A stretch of DNA of 64,000 nucleotides from assembly GCF_964188315.1 (NCBI RefSeq), contig NC_135668.1, positions 55,056,001-55,120,000 of the forward strand, read 5' to 3'. Under the pieces are notes generated by a model, which was not told where the DNA came from, did no database searches, and saw only the letters and a list, made by a program, of their open reading frames with translations. Below, in pieces: positions 36,044-48,957 of this stretch (position 1 is its first letter; the number at the start of each line of letters is the position of its first letter). Origin of the DNA: Podarcis muralis (taxonomy: Eukaryota). Both the position numbers and the translations under genes were made by a program.

Positions 36044-37356
36044 GTACGGCCAGGGGGGGCGCTTTTGGGGGGAGGGGGTGTGGCCTTGTCCTGGCCACGG
36101 GGTTGACCAGGAGTGGGTGGGTGGTTGTCTCCCCCCAGACCCCCTGGCCCTGCACCTGCCTTTCAGAGTGAGGAGGGGGCTGCTGGGTTTGGCTCCCTGG
36201 AAGGCAGGCAGAAGGGCCTTGAACAGCTGGAGATGGGGGCCAAAAGACACTCCCCTGTAGCAAAACCTGGGGGGGGGGCGGTGTGCCTTGCAGGGGGTCT
36301 GCTGCCCTCCAGGGGCTGGTCTGGCCCCTCCACTCCCGTGAGGAACTGGAGTCCAGAGCTTGCTGCTGGCTGGTGGGTGTTCTGCACAGCCCTCCCCTTT
36401 GCACTTTTACCTGCTAAGCAGAGCAGCACTTCTCCTCTGGGAGAAAGCGCCTCCTTCTCCTCTGGGACTTTGGGGTGGGGGCTGGTGGGGGTATCTCAGC
36501 TGCAACGGGCAGAGCAGCTCCCCTTGCTTCTTGCCTCTTGGCGCTCATTTCTTCTTCGACTGGAGGAACAGACAGAGATGCTTGGGGGGGGCTCTGTGCT
36601 GCAGTTGGGAGGCTGCGGTGTGAGACTTGCCGGCTCTGTGACGAACCCCCCCCCCAAAGACACAGGCGACTTGCAAGGGAGCTGAGGGGGCTTGTTTGCG
36701 CCAGAGGGGTGGGGTGCGTGTGTGCATTTTGGGCCCAGGTGACTAGCTCTCAACCCCCTTTGTCATGGAGGGGGGGGAAGACGCCTCCGCTGCTGCTGGC
36801 CTTTGGGGTGTGGTGCCCCCTTCATAAGGAGAGCCCCCCTGGATCTGGCCCCTGACCCCTCTAACCCAGCATCCTGTTCTCAGAGGAGGCCCCCAAAGCC
36901 CCAAAGGGAACCTGGATGTGGGGCCTGATCCCAGGAAGACTCTCAGCTGCTGTCGATCAGAAGCATCGCTGCCTCCGAGCCTAGCCAGGGGGGCTGTTGG
37001 CCATTGAGAGCCCTCTCCTCCTCCTCCTCCGCAAAGTTGTCGGATCCCTTTTTAAACCCATCCACCCTCCTGCCCAAACGGCCACCAGGTCGGCTCCTGT
37101 TGTGTTTCTGGGCCCCGAGCAGAGCTGTGCTTTGGGCCCTGGCCTGGGTCTCTTGCCAGCGCCTCTCCCGGCCCCCTCCCTCCTTCCCCACGTGGCAGAG
37201 CTTCCCTCCTGTTCTCTGAGCTCCCTGGGCAGGCCCCCGGGAGAGGGGCAGAGAGAGGAGGCCCCAGTCCCCCGGCCTTTGGGGCCTGCACCCCACGGGG
37301 CTCCCCGGCCGGCTGGCGGCAGGAAGGCTTGTCTAATGTCTGAGATTGTTCCCCAG

Positions 37357-37464
37357 GTATGCCCAAGAGGTGATCCAGAGAGGTCGCTCCTCTGTCAGGC
37401 CGGCTTGCATGCCGCTGCTGAGTGTGGTGCCCGCCGTCTCCGACCTGGATCTCTCCGAGTCTGA
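37357..37464 (+). CDS. AXIN1: AXIN1 108-nt cassette exon (36 aa; alternatively spliced in mammals)
   Basis: YAQEVIQRGRSSVRPACMPLLSVVPAVSDLDLSES; phase 2 at both ends, so skipping keeps the frame. Confidence 0.9.
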   Translation, partial: VCPRGDPERSLLCQAGLHAAAECGARRLRPGSLRV

Positions 37465-37617
37465 GTAGGTGCCCCAGCTCTTCCTGTCTCCTCCCTCCCA
37501 CCCACCCGTCCCGTAGCAGCTCTAGAACCCTCCCCACCCCCCGCCCTGCCAGGGGGCTTCGCTCTGCCGCCTTGCCAGGACCGGCCTCAGCCACGGGGCG
37601 GCTGGACCAGGGAACCC

Positions 37618-38095
37618 TAATAGTAGTAGTAGTAGTAGTAGTAGTAATAATAAATTTTATTTCTACCCCGCCCTCCCTGGCCAGAGCCCAGGGCGGCTAA
37701 CACCAATAAAATCACAGTAAAAACATAATACTGGAAAGAGAGGTGGGGGAAAACCAGTTTAAAATACAGGTTAAAATGCAATTTAAAATGCAGCCTCATT
37801 TTAAAAGTAGCTGATAAATCAAGACCATAAGGGCAGGGAAATATAAGGGTCAGACCGAGTCCAAACCAAAGGCCAGGCGGAACAGCTCCGTCTTGCAGGC
37901 CCTGCGGAAAGATGTCAAGTCCCGCAGGGCCCTAGTCTCTTATGACAGAGTGTTCCACCAAGTCAGGGCCAGTACTGAAAAGGCCCTGGCCCAAGTTGAG
38001 ACCAATCTAACCACCTTGCGGCTTGGGACCTCCAAAGTGTTGTCATTTGTGGACCTTAAGGTCCTCTGCGGGGCATACCAGGAGAGGCGGTCCTG
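37618..38095 (-). mobile_element. L2-type LINE 3' fragment
   Basis: Close homolog of 32085-32535. Confidence 0.75.
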
Positions 38096-38794
38096 TAGGG
38101 CACAGCAGGGAGGCTGCAGGGACCCCTGTGGAGCCTCCTTGCCCCCAATGTGCCCGTTCGCTCGCTGCTGGGAAGCCTCTGATCTGGCAGGCAGCTGCCA
38201 CTAGGCAGGTGGAGAGCCTCCCTCCTCCTTCCCTGCTCAGGGAGTCCTTGTTTTTCTGGCTCCTCTGGCTGCCTGGCCTCAGCCTCCCGCCTGCCCCTGG
38301 TGCCCAGTGCAGCTCAGGTGTTAGCGGCAGGTACTCTTGGGCAGCTTTAAAATGGGATTAGACAAGTAGGAGGAGGAGGAGGGTCCGTGGCTTCTAGGGC
38401 TGATGCCCCCTGGTGCCAGTGGAAGGCCGCCTGCTACTCGTTGGGGGGCAGCAGCAGGAGAGGACTGCTGGCCTCCAGCTGCTTTTGGCCACGGGGGGAG
38501 GGTGCTGGGCCAGGGGGGCCTTGGTGGCAGCAGAGCTCCTCCGACGTTCTTCCCAACTGTTGTTGCCGTGGGGCCTGTGGGGCTGGTTCTGTGGCTTGCC
38601 TTTTGGGGTTGGAGAGCTGAAAAGAATGCCAATATTTTTTGCATCTGGCCACCAACATGCCCCTTTGGTTTCAGATGGTACATGGACAGAACATGAGTCC
38701 AAAAAACCCAGGACACACATTTTCACAGATCCTCCAGAAGGAATGTCTGGAAGTGCAGACTCGATTCTGACTAAGTTAAGCCTCCTGGTGTATA

Positions 38795-39025
38795 CAGTCA
38801 TACCTTGGATCCCAAACACCCTGGAACTCAGATGTTTTGGCTCCCAGATGCCGCAAACCTAGAATTGAGTGTTCCGGTTTGCGAACTTTCTTTTGGAACC
38901 CAAACGTCCGATGGGGCTTCAGGAGCTTCCTGCAGCCAATCAGAAGCCACGATTTGGTTTTCGAACATTTTGGATGTTGAACGGACTTCCAGAACGGATT
39001 CTGTTTGACTTCCAAGGTACGACTG
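38795..39025. mobile_element. Tc1/mariner (Tigger-like) MITE
   Basis: TA|cagtcataccttgg ... ccaaggtacgactg|TA. Confidence 0.85.
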
Positions 39026-39269
39026 TATTATGATCTAGGCCTAGGAGGCTTCTTTTGGTCAGAAAATTGCCATATTTCAAAAAGTAAAAACTAGGATGCC
39101 CCAAAAGTTGTTGAACTTTCAAAAACGCCAAAAAAAGTGTTGCGTTATGTCTGGGAAAATCCGGAAGTATGGCAGCCCTAAATACATTACTTCTGGTAAG
39201 TGAGTCATCATAGCCACTAGAGGGCCATGAATATTTGTGTTCTGGGCTTTTTAATCTCATCTACCCTAA

Positions 39270-39622
39270 GGGACGCGGGTGGTGCTGTGGGTTAAACCAC
39301 AGAGCCTAGGACTTGCCGATCAGAAGGTCGGTGGTTCGAATCCCCACGACGGGGTGAGCTCCCGTTGCTCGGTCCCTGCTCCTGCCAACCTAGCAGTTCA
39401 AAAGCACATCAAAGTGCAAGTATATAAAGAGGTACCGCTCTGGTGGGAAGGTAAACGGCGTTTCCATGTGCTGCTCTGGTTCACCAGAAGTGGCTTAATC
39501 ATGCTGGCCACATGACCTGGAAGCTGTACACTGGCTCCCTCGGCCAGTAAAGCGAGATGAGCGCCACAACCCCAGAGTCGTCTGCGACTGGACCTAATCG
39601 TCAGGTGTCCCTTTACCTTTAC
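39270..39622 (+). mobile_element. Sauria SINE
   Basis: GGGACGCGGGTGG head and CCTTTACCTTTAC tail. Confidence 0.88.
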
Positions 39623-40463
39623 CCCTGCACTATCTGAAACCAAAGGGGCTCTTGTTTGCCAGATGTGAATTTTATTCCAGCTCTCCTGCCGCACTAGAAG
39701 GTTTTGTGTTTGGTCTGAGCACCCGGCCAGCGTGCAGAGAGCCAGGGTGGGCTGGCGAAGGGAAGGGACAGGCTGGTGAGTGGAGGGGTGCAGCCGGGTA
39801 CCAATGGCCCCTCATTGCTTGTGCCGGAGCAGTGGGCTGGGACGGCTTCTTGCTTTGAACCCCTCCTGCCCCTTTTCCTACAGAAGGGAGCTGAATTGTG
39901 CAGGAGCTGAGCTGTGTGCTGGTCCAGGGCTCTTGGCGAGGCTCCTTGGCAAGCGAGGGCTTTTCCCTTAGCAGGGACATCTTGGGGCCTAGTTGTTCCC
40001 AGAGAAAGAGGTGGCATCCCTTTGTCTGAACAAATCCTTCGGTCTTTGAGGCAACCAACACCCCCCCCCCTCTTTTGGAAAGGTCTTTTGCTCAGCTCCC
40101 TGCCTAGTAAGCGTTGGGGATATCTGTCCCCCTCTTCCCCAGGTAGCAATGCTGGGATGGCTGCAGCACCCACCCACCCCGGCCTGGGCACCCCCCTCTC
40201 TGAGCTGTGGCTTTTTCCTCTCTCTGTGTTCCTGCCCTTTGGCTATGGGAAGTTCCAGTCACCTGCCGCCCTTCTCCTTTGGGCTTCTGGGACTGGAGAG
40301 GAAGCTGTTCTCCCCCAGAGCTTCCTGGGTCCCGGCAGGGGGTGCCTGTGCCGTTCTTGCCCCCGGTTTGCAAGGGAGCTGGTTCCCTCCCTCCAAGGAA
40401 GTTCAGCAGGTGGTGTATCGGCTTCCCGCCGTGTAAAGGGCTTGTGCTGTGTTTGCCTTGCAG

Positions 40464-40631
40464 GGCGAAGGTGCAGAAGAGGCCGGGGGCCAGCTCCGCT
40501 CAGCCCTGCGAGAACATTGTGGTAGCCTACTACTTCTGCGGAGAACCCATCCCCTACCGCACGCTGGTCAAAGGCCGTGTCGTCACCCTGGGCCACTTCA
40601 AGGAGCTGCTCACCAAGAAAGGGAACTACAG
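40464..40631 (+). CDS. AXIN1: AXIN1 coding exon 9 (DIX domain)
   Basis: [37 protein letters not shown], 168 nt. Confidence 0.97.
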
Positions 40632-41635
40632 GTGAGCAGGGAGGGATGCCTCGGGTCCCTGGGCAAGAAGCCTTGCCTCTGGTGCTTCCCCTCTTTGGCT
40701 CGTGGCCTCCAGCCTCTGCCCCTGGGGATGAGAAGTCCCACAAATGTGTGGGCCCCAACTCTGTCGGTTGGCACAGAAGCAGGAAAGAGGCAGGGGGAGG
40801 GTGCCCAGGAGACGGATCGCTGTGCAAATCTCACCTCCGCAGAACCAAGCCAAGAGGTATTTGGAGAAGGAAACTCAAGTCAAAACCCGATTTTGTTTGC
40901 ATCAGAGCTGAGGAAGCCTGTGCCAAGGGAAACCCCAAACACACTAAATGGCACGTCATGTTCAGAGTTGCACGCTTTCTTCTAAACTGACAATTTCCTC
41001 TCTTTTTTTTGCAGAACCTCTCCTTTAGTTTATTGGCAGAGAGCGGAATGGGCCCATTTTAGAGGTGGAGGTGGCAGGAGTCGGGGGCACCTGAGCTGTG
41101 AGGGGAGCCCATTGTCAGCGCAGCCATGCACCACATGACCCTTCTTGTATTCTGATGAGGACTAGAAACTTGCTTTAAAGCAGGGGGAGCTGTGGGGACC
41201 CTCCTGGTGTCGCCAGATTTCAGCTCCCAGCAGCATGGCTAGCGGTCAGGAATGATGGGAGCTGCAGTCCTGGAGCGACACAGATTTCTCTACCCCAGTT
41301 TAAAAAGTGCGCTGGCCTGCCGGTCATTCTGCATCAGGATCCGCAGAGGGTTTGGCTCATCAGCCTGCTCCGCGGAAGCCCTGCACAAGTTTGTGCATTT
41401 CCTCTGTCCTCGTCACTTGTGCTAAAACGCTGTCGGTGGTTTCCAGTGAATCTATGTAGAGTTGGGGCTCGGAGGACAGGGCCCAGCTGCGGGGAAGGGG
41501 GGGGTTTGGCCCGGGGTCCTCCTTGCCGCCCCCTTTGCCTTCTGCCTTGGGTTTGTGCTGGAAAGGCCCCCGAGCGCCCCGCTGAGCCTCCGAGGGGTTG
41601 CAGGCTCTGGATCTCCCACACTCTCTGTCTTGCAG

Positions 41636-41762
41636 GTATTACTTCAAGAAAGTAAGCGACGAGTTCGACTGCGGCGTGGTGTTCGAAGAGGTGCGGGAGG
41701 ATGAAGCCATCCTGCCCATTTTTGAGGAGAAGATCATTGGGAAGGTGGAGAAGATTGACTAG
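41636..41762 (+). CDS. AXIN1: AXIN1 last coding exon (DIX domain)
   Basis: [41 protein letters not shown]; spliced CDS 2616 nt = 871 aa. Confidence 0.97.
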
Positions 41763-42814
41763 CCCAGAGGAGGCCGAGCGAGATGGAAGCAGCCAGAGAT
41801 GGGCGGAAGCGCCGGCCAGGGAGGGGGGCAGGGGGGGCACCGGCAGCACTGGCATCCTTCCACACCCGCTGCCCAGAATGGCTCTGCCTTCCCCCTGCCT
41901 GCCTATGGGGCGGCCACCAGCCCCCTCAACATAACGCCGATGCTTTGCGCATTAGGGGGCCGTTCACTGAAGCTGCCCGTTTTCATATCATCAGGAACGG
42001 GGCGGTCCAGCCCCCCCCACAAAAAAAAGTGCACATGCTCCTCTGGGACGGGGAGGGCAGCAGCAGCCCCACAGGTGGGGAAGTTCCAAAGGGTGCTTGT
42101 TCACCCGTGGAACAAGCTGCCACTTGATACTTTGCACCTTGCTGCTCTACGGCTGGCGACTGGCCCCTCCATCTCAGCCCGCAGCCTTTCCACACCTTGC
42201 TGCCCACCTTGCTAGGTCAGAGGGGTTGGGGAGGGGGGAGTCTTGAGGAGAGAGCAGATTTCATCGTCTAGAGAAGGGGCAGCCTGGTATTTGCTGGGAG
42301 GTGGGACGGGACCTCTGGGCTGCCCCTTTGAGCCTCCTCCTTGCGCCCCATAGATCTGGGTGTATTCAGTGCCCCTCACCCTGGATGGTGGCTGCCCCTG
42401 CTCTGCCTCCCTGCCAGGGGCAGCCTTCGCCTCCCCAGTTGCCTGATCCCGCCCCAGCTTCTCTCCAGGTACCCCTGGGCTGTGGGGGGCGCCTGCCCTC
42501 GCCAGAGCCCTGCACCTTCTTGCGTACGTCACCGAGTGCCTTCAAACGCCTGTTCTGTTGCCACCCACTGCCCCGGACGGCCTCCTCCCCGGGTCCCGCT
42601 TGCCCTCTGTGCCGGCGGGGACCCCGAAGGCCTCAGACCCCTTGTGGGTTTTTCATTTCCCTTTTTTCCTGAAGGGTTCCCTTGTAAATATGTACATTTT
42701 CTAAAGACGGCATCAGCCACCAGCGGTTGGGCCAGCGGCTGGCATCTCCCGAACGTTTTTTTCACATGTTGACTTGTACAATTTATCTTTTAAAAGGTAC
42801 TTGGATAATAATGG

Positions 42815-42820
42815 AATAAA
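42815..42820 (+). terminator. AXIN1 polyadenylation signal
   Basis: AATAAA preceded by TGTA motifs and followed by GT-rich sequence. Confidence 0.75.
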
Positions 42821-43300
42821 AGCCCATGTTCAGATGGCAGCTCTGCGTGTTTGTGAGTTGTGTGGGTTGCCGTCCTCTGCTTGCGTTGGGGGGGGGGGCG
42901 TGAGGCCTGCTCCGACATGGACTATTTGGGGCACCGATCAGCTCACCCTTCACTGAGACCCCTCAGGAACTGAGCTCACTCAGATGTGGCCAACAGGCAG
43001 CCCTGGAAGACTCTGGACATGCTCTGGGACCCTTTTTCCATGGGGGGAACAGCAGCAGAAGCAACGTTGCTCCTGCAATCTGCGCAGATGCAGCAACGGA
43101 CCCTTGGGGGGGGGATTCTTTGCACAAGGATGTCGTATCAACCGCCCCGCCCCCCAATCACTCACTCTCAGACCCCTGTGTGCCCCATCTGCAGTGCTGT
43201 GTGGGCTGATAGCAAGGTGCTGCCTTGGCTTGCTTTGGAGGCCAGGACCTCAGCCAGACGGTGGGACATTGCTTGGGTGAAGCACACTCTTAATTTAGAG

Positions 43301-43552
43301 CAGGGGTCAGCAAACCTTTTCAGCAGGGGGCTGGTCCACTGTCCCTCAGACCTTGTGGGGGGCCAGACTATATATTTTTTTGGGGGGGGATGAACGAATT
43401 CCTATGCCCCACAAATAACCCAGAGATGCATTTTAAATAAAAGCACACATTCTACTCATGTAAAAACACACTGATTCTGGGACTGTCCGCAGGCCAGATT
43501 TAGAAGGCGATTGGGCCGGATCTGGCCCCAGGCCTTAGGTTGCCTACCCCTG
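43301..43552. mobile_element. hAT MITE (same family as 22850-23099, inverted)
   Basis: TIRs CAGGGGTCAGCAAAC / GTTGCCTACCCCTG; TSD ATTTAGAG at 43293-43300 and 43553-43560. Confidence 0.92.
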
Positions 43553-44149
43553 ATTTAGAGGCTAGGCCTTGGGTCAGCCCTCATCCCCATCCCCAAATGG
43601 TCTGTGCTTTCTGCCTTTCCCTTCTCCCTGAGGAAGAGTCCTGTGTGACTTCTAAACTAGCACTGCCACCTTCTAACTAAGCTGCAGAGATTTGCAGCTT
43701 TCTCCCCGGGATGGAGGCCGCCGCTGGGGAGGGTGGGACACGGGGGCTGCTGTCAATGAAAGGGCTGGTGCTGCAATTATCTGCATGTTTTTAATAGATC
43801 ATCATGATTGATAGATTTCTGCTAGTGCTTCATTGCTTTTCAATTGTTGCTTCCTTCCGGTGTTTTTGTCTGTGAGCCACCTTTGAGTCCCTTTCAGGGG
43901 AGAAGGCGGGATATAAATAAATATATACAGTAAAAATGAGGAGGAGGAAGGGGCTGCTGGTCTCTTCCCAGGGCAGCATTTAGGCAGGAGTGGGAGCCTG
44001 ATTGGGGGGGGGGGCGAAGGGAGCTGTTGTCCCCTACATTGCACAACTCTCACACGTGGCGACTGTCCCAGATCCTCAGGTTTTTGGCCACCGGCAAACG
44101 TGCAGCGGAGCCACGAAGGAAGCGATGCCCTCGGAGGCCACGGCCGGCT

Positions 44150-44227
44150 CTACAGCTCGTCCCTTGGTTCTGGGGAGCCTGGTGGGCTCGTTCGATTCTC
44201 CTGGGGTTCTTCGGGGGTCTCAGCAGC
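44150..44227 (-). CDS. PDIA2: PDIA2 exon 11 (ends in ER-retrieval motif RDEL)
   Basis: ttccag|AAETPEEPQENRTSPPGSPEPRDEL*. Confidence 0.85.
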   Translation of the reverse strand, partial: AAETPEEPQENRTSPPGSPEPRDEL

Positions 44228-44314
44228 CTGGAAAGCCAGAGCCCAGCATCACCGTGGGAACGGGGACAAACTCAATGTTCGGAGTGGGCACGAGGGGTTG
44301 CCGCTGAAACTCAC

Positions 44315-44404
44315 CTTGGTGTCGTCCTGGGGAGGGACCTCACCCCCGTTCTCCAAGAACGCCGAGAAGGATTCTAGGTCTCTGGCGCTCTGGTACTCGA
44401 TCAT
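44315..44404 (-). CDS. PDIA2: PDIA2 exon 10
   Basis: MIEYQSARDLESFSAFLENGGEVPPQDDTK|gtgagt. Confidence 0.9.
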
Positions 44405-44568
44405 CTGGGGTGGAAAACGGGGGGTGTTGGCCTGGCTTTGCCCCACAAGCAGCTGCCGCCTCCCTTCTACCTCCTGGGGGAGCCTCCTTGCTCTACTGTC
44501 CCGGAGGACCTGGGCACATCCTGCGGCCACAGTTTCCCCCACCCCATGCCATGGGGCACCTGCATTAC

Positions 44569-44750
44569 CTTCTTGTCCTGCCCTGCAGGGAAGTAGTAGA
44601 GCGTTGGGTAGGCTCGGATGGGGAGCCCTGCTACTTCGTTGGCCGTGGCGTCCATCTCTGCGATGAGGACGTCCTCACGGTCTTTATATTTCTCGCCCAG
44701 CTCTGCCCAGGCGGGCGCCATCGCCTTGGAGTGCGGGCACCAGGGGGCAT
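44569..44750 (-). CDS. PDIA2: PDIA2 exon 9 (a' domain, site WCPHS)
   Basis: YAPWCPHSKAMAPAWAELGEKY...IAEMDATANEV...YPTLYYFPAG, 182 nt. Confidence 0.93.
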
Positions 44751-45135
44751 CTGTGGAAGCGGAAGAGAAGGGATGGAGTTAGGAAGACGCAAGTCTGTTT
44801 TGTCGTCAGGCCGGTTCACCAACTGCAGCCCTCTCTGGAGAAAGCTGACCTGGTTTCAGTTGTGCAGGCTGCGTCCCTCTTAACACCTCCCTGTGGGGCT
44901 GCCTTTAAAAATGACCCCACAACTGGCACAGAGGATGTAATGGGTGTTTGCACTGATCTGGTACCAACTGCACTGGCTGCCGGTTGCTTTCTGCTCCCAT
45001 TTTCAGGCCCTGTTTTAACTGTTAAAGCCCTACATAGTTTGAGACCCCTTGCCCCACTGTAAGCCCACCGGGACTTTAAGTTCAGCTTCAAAACCCCCGC
45101 TCTGTTGTGGCCTGTTATGGCCTATTGGATTGATG

Positions 45136-45189
<54 letters not shown>

Positions 45190-45527
45190 TTATTTATACC
45201 CCGCCCATCTGGCTGAGTTTCCCCAGCCACTCTGAGCAGCTCCCAATCAAGTGTTAAAAATGGGAAACAGGACCTTCTCAGTGGTGGGCCCAGCCTTTCA
45301 GGATTTCCTCCTCAGGGAATTATGGCCCCATTGAGCATTCTGGCCCCATTTCAAAGTATCCTGAAGACTTTATAAATTCCAGACTGTTTGGCTGATACAC
45401 ATTTGTTATCACACTGGTAAATTATTTCTATGCGGTTTTTGTAATAAATGTTTTCTGAACCGCTTGGGAAGGGCTGGGCTCTGAAAGTCTGTAAAGCAAG
45501 CAAGTTCTCTCAGCAGCAATTTTCCAT

Positions 45528-45604
45528 GAGATAGCTCAGTCAGTAGAGCGCGAGACTTTGAATCTCAGGGTTTCAGTCCCACACCGGGTAAAAAGATTCC
45601 TGCA
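45528..45604 (+). mobile_element. tRNA-derived SINE head fragment
   Basis: A-box tagctcagtcagtagagc, deleted T-arm, continues into aaaagattcctgc SINE body. Confidence 0.6.
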
Positions 45605-45812
45605 GTTCTGTATATGTATATATCATTGAGCTCTGTATATGTACCTGAAAAGTCTGGGTCAAGCCTGTTTCTGCCAACTGGGGATGAGAGGGGAAAACCC
45701 CCAAGGAGGGCTGCCCTCCCAGTAAGTTTCCAGAGGATGCCAGGAGGGAACGTGGACGAGCCCCAGAGGCAGCTTTGAGGTTCCTCCTCCCCAGTCCCAA
45801 AGTGCCACTTAC

Positions 45813-45933
45813 AGAACTTCACAAAGACGCTCTTGCTCTCGTCAAACGCCACTTGATCAAAGTTTCTCCCAACCAGGGTCTTGACGGGCGCCTTATCCCA
45901 GTCCTCTGCAATCTCCTCGCTCATCAGGTATGG
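45813..45933 (-). CDS. PDIA2: PDIA2 exon 8
   Basis: [40 protein letters not shown], 121 nt. Confidence 0.94.
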
Positions 45934-46717
45934 CTGGAAAGAGGAAGCAACGCTTAGTGCTGTGGGTCGGTGGAGTGGTGATAGACTTGTTTTTTATTTT
46001 ATTTTATTTATGATTTTCAGTTTTATACATTTCAATAATTTTACAATCATTTTAACATTTCAAAACTTGACTTCCTCCCCCCTCTTTTTGTAGTTCCTTA
46101 AATTTATTTTTAATATTCTCTGCACATCCATGTTAATTTGCTCATTTATCCATCTACTTTAAATTCATACTCTTATAAAACTGCAGCTTATTACAATAAC
46201 CCTGCCAATGTTCTTATCTGCTTACAGTTTGTTTGTAAATATTCAATAAACCATTTCCATTCTTTTACAAAAAGTTTGCTATCTTGATTTCTTGATTTCA
46301 AAGAGACTCCAACCAGAGAATGGTGGCTTATAAAATGAATGGATTATGCTGAAATGGCAAAACTGACGGTAAAACTCAGAGGACAGACACAGCGATGAAC
46401 TGTTTATGGAAAATGGGAGGCCTTTTTTTTGGACTACCTGCCAAATATTTTAGCAATAGGAAATTGCGTGCAGGATTTGAAATATGAACAACAACAAGCA
46501 ACATGCCGGCTAATAATATACTGACTATTTTTATAACACTATACTGTTTCAAAATTCATAAACAGAAGACATACAATATGTGCATGGGGTCACAAACTAA
46601 TAAGAATCAAATAAATGTTCCATGAACAGGAATGGTAGGAGTGGATTTGAAATATGTGTGGGAGAAAAAAAGAATGGTCAGATGGAATTGGGGGGGTTTA
46701 GTAATAAGTACAAATTA

Positions 46718-47071
46718 TGGTGCTGGAGGAGACTTGAGAGTCCCACGGACTGCAAGAAGCTCAAACCTCTCCATTCTGAAGGAAATCAGCCCTGAATGCT
46801 CACTGGAAGGACAGATCCTGAAGCTGAGGCTCCAATACTTTGGCCACCTCATGAGAAGAGAAGACTCCCTGGAAAAGACCCTGATGTTGGGAAAGATGGA
46901 GGGCACAAGGAGAAGGGGATGACAGAGGACGAGATGGTGGGACAGTGTTCTCGAAGCTACCAGCATGAGTTTGACCAAAGTGCGGGAGGCAGTGGAAGAC
47001 AGAAGTGCCTGGCGTGCTCTGGTCCAGGGGGTCACGAAGAGGCGGACACGACTAAACGACTAAACAACAAC
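46718..47071 (+). mobile_element. Bov-B (RTE) LINE 3' fragment
   Basis: SLEGQILKLRLQYFGHLMRREDSLEKTLMLGK and tail gacacgactaaacgactaaacaacaac. Confidence 0.9.
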
Positions 47072-47260
47072 TACAATAATAAATGCAGCAATTAAGGATA
47101 AAAAACATCAGTGCAGGGTGGGTGGGAAAGACAAAAGGAAACATATAAGTGAATGATAAATTGTATGTGAAGTACATTTTTTAAAAAAAGGAATATAAAA
47201 AAGAGTCCTTGTCCCTTTCTCCCCCCCCCCCCCAGCCTCACCATGCAGCTGGCTGCCCAC

Positions 47261-47458
47261 CTGGACTTTGCCCTCCATCACCTCCTGGCAGAAGGCATGG
47301 ATGGCAGGAGCCGTGAGGGATCCGTCTGCGCCCAAGAGGTATTTCCTGTTGCTCTCAATGTTGATGAAGCGGATGGCGGGAGCCTCGGGGCTCTTGAGGC
47401 CAAAGAAGTGCAGGATCTGGGCTCCTTCCCCGTTGACGTCGGCCAGCACGAAAAGCAC
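47261..47458 (-). CDS. PDIA2: PDIA2 exon 7
   Basis: VLFVLADVNGEGAQILHFFGLK...EGKVQ, 198 nt. Confidence 0.93.
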
Positions 47459-47650
47459 CTGCCCAGGGGGTGCACAGAGGGGCAGAGATGAGTCTAGTCC
47501 AACCCCCGGCAGGGCAGGAATATGCTCCCTGGGACTCGCCTCCCAGAAGCAGAAAACACAGCACCCACACAAACCCCACCCCCTCCCTGCATGGGACCCC
47601 CCACCCAAAAGCCCCAGGGCAAATGTGCCGGCTGGCCACGGGGGGCTCAC

Positions 47651-47776
47651 CTGTCCCCGGAAGGCAGGGGCAGCATCTCGGAAGCTGCTGAGGAGCTCCA
47701 GCTGAGAGTCCTGCGTCTTGTTGATGAAGAGCAGCAGGTGGTTTGGGATCTTTGCCCCAAATATCCTGGAGGAGTT
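47651..47776 (-). CDS. PDIA2: PDIA2 exon 6
   Basis: NSSRIFGAKIPNHLLLFINKT...FRGQ, 126 nt. Confidence 0.93.
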
Positions 47777-48480
47777 CTAAGGGAAAGACACAGGCGGGTG
47801 TAGTGATCAGGTGGGATTGCTAGGAGGAATTATACAAAATATGGAGCAAGCCATCTGTGTCAGCAATGAAAGCATTGCGTTGACTGGGTTTAAGCCATTT
47901 TTAAATGATTTTTGATCAATCCACGCCTCTGCATCCCTGTCCTATTTCTCTTGCTTGACAAGTCACTTACACAGCCCAGTTGCCAGTTGCTTCGCCAGGC
48001 CATGAAAGATAGTAGGCAGTTCTTTGATGTGCCCTTCCTTGATTTTGTTCATCTCAGGGCCAAGAAATAGTTTTTCACATGAAGGTGATAAAGATCCCTA
48101 TCGTCCTTGCCATCCTTCCTATCATGTTTATTGCTGTTTATGACCTCCGGGGTTGCTGAATGCATCCCTCCTTTTTTGTTCTGTTTTATTTACCCCAGAA
48201 GTATGCATGCTTAATTAGTTTTTGTAGTTTAACTTTGTCCCACATGGGTTTTTTGAAATGCTCAGAGGAAATCTGATTGGTTCTTAAGTACACTGTGTAA
48301 AAAGTTCTTTTGTGAATAAAACGACCTGGGCCGGAGGGTGGACAGGCATTATTATTATACGCACACCTCCCAGAGTCTTGCTGGTCAAGCCTCTGTGTGT
48401 CTTCTATTAAGCAGAGTCTAATCCTTCCTTTGCTTTGGGAATGCCAGAGTGGGGACCCCCCAGGGGTGGAGGGGTGTGAG

Positions 48481-48957
48481 TGTTAGGTTTCTGTTTTGAC
48501 ACACTGCCCAGTGGTGTTCACAGAAAAGGGAAGGATGTTAGATTTCTGTTTTGCCGCTGTGCAGCGCTTGGAGTCACAAGACTCTGTTTACATTCCAGAC
48601 ATTCCAGACTGTTGGAAGTCTCACGGGAGACGGATGTTGATATTACTGGTTTCCTGTTCCTTTGTTCCAGTTGCCTCTCTGCTTTCAGAGAGAGGGGATG
48701 TATATTCTTTTCTGTCTGTCTGTCTTAGCAATGTAGCTCATATTTCTCGTCCTTCTGCTGCTTGGATATGTTAAAACTCTGCTAAGTTATAGAACTTGCT
48801 AGGGCAACTTGGGAAGGATTTTAATAAACAATATATCCTCTCCTGCCTCCCTGAACATTCCCACAATTTCTGTGTTCTCTCTCTGTAAATATTGAATAAA
48901 AGACTTGGTAAGAACTCTTCTTTTTTTAGCTGCTTCCTGGCTGCCACTGTGGGAGGG
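48481..48957 (+). mobile_element. Possible solo LTR
   Basis: Starts TGT, LTR-like composition, internal AATAAA near 48896; boundaries uncertain. Confidence 0.3.

Noticed and set aside
45528-45604. tRNA-Lys-like sequence
   Set aside because: The T-arm/B-box is partly deleted and the acceptor stem does not pair; it continues into SINE body sequence, so it is not a tRNA gene.
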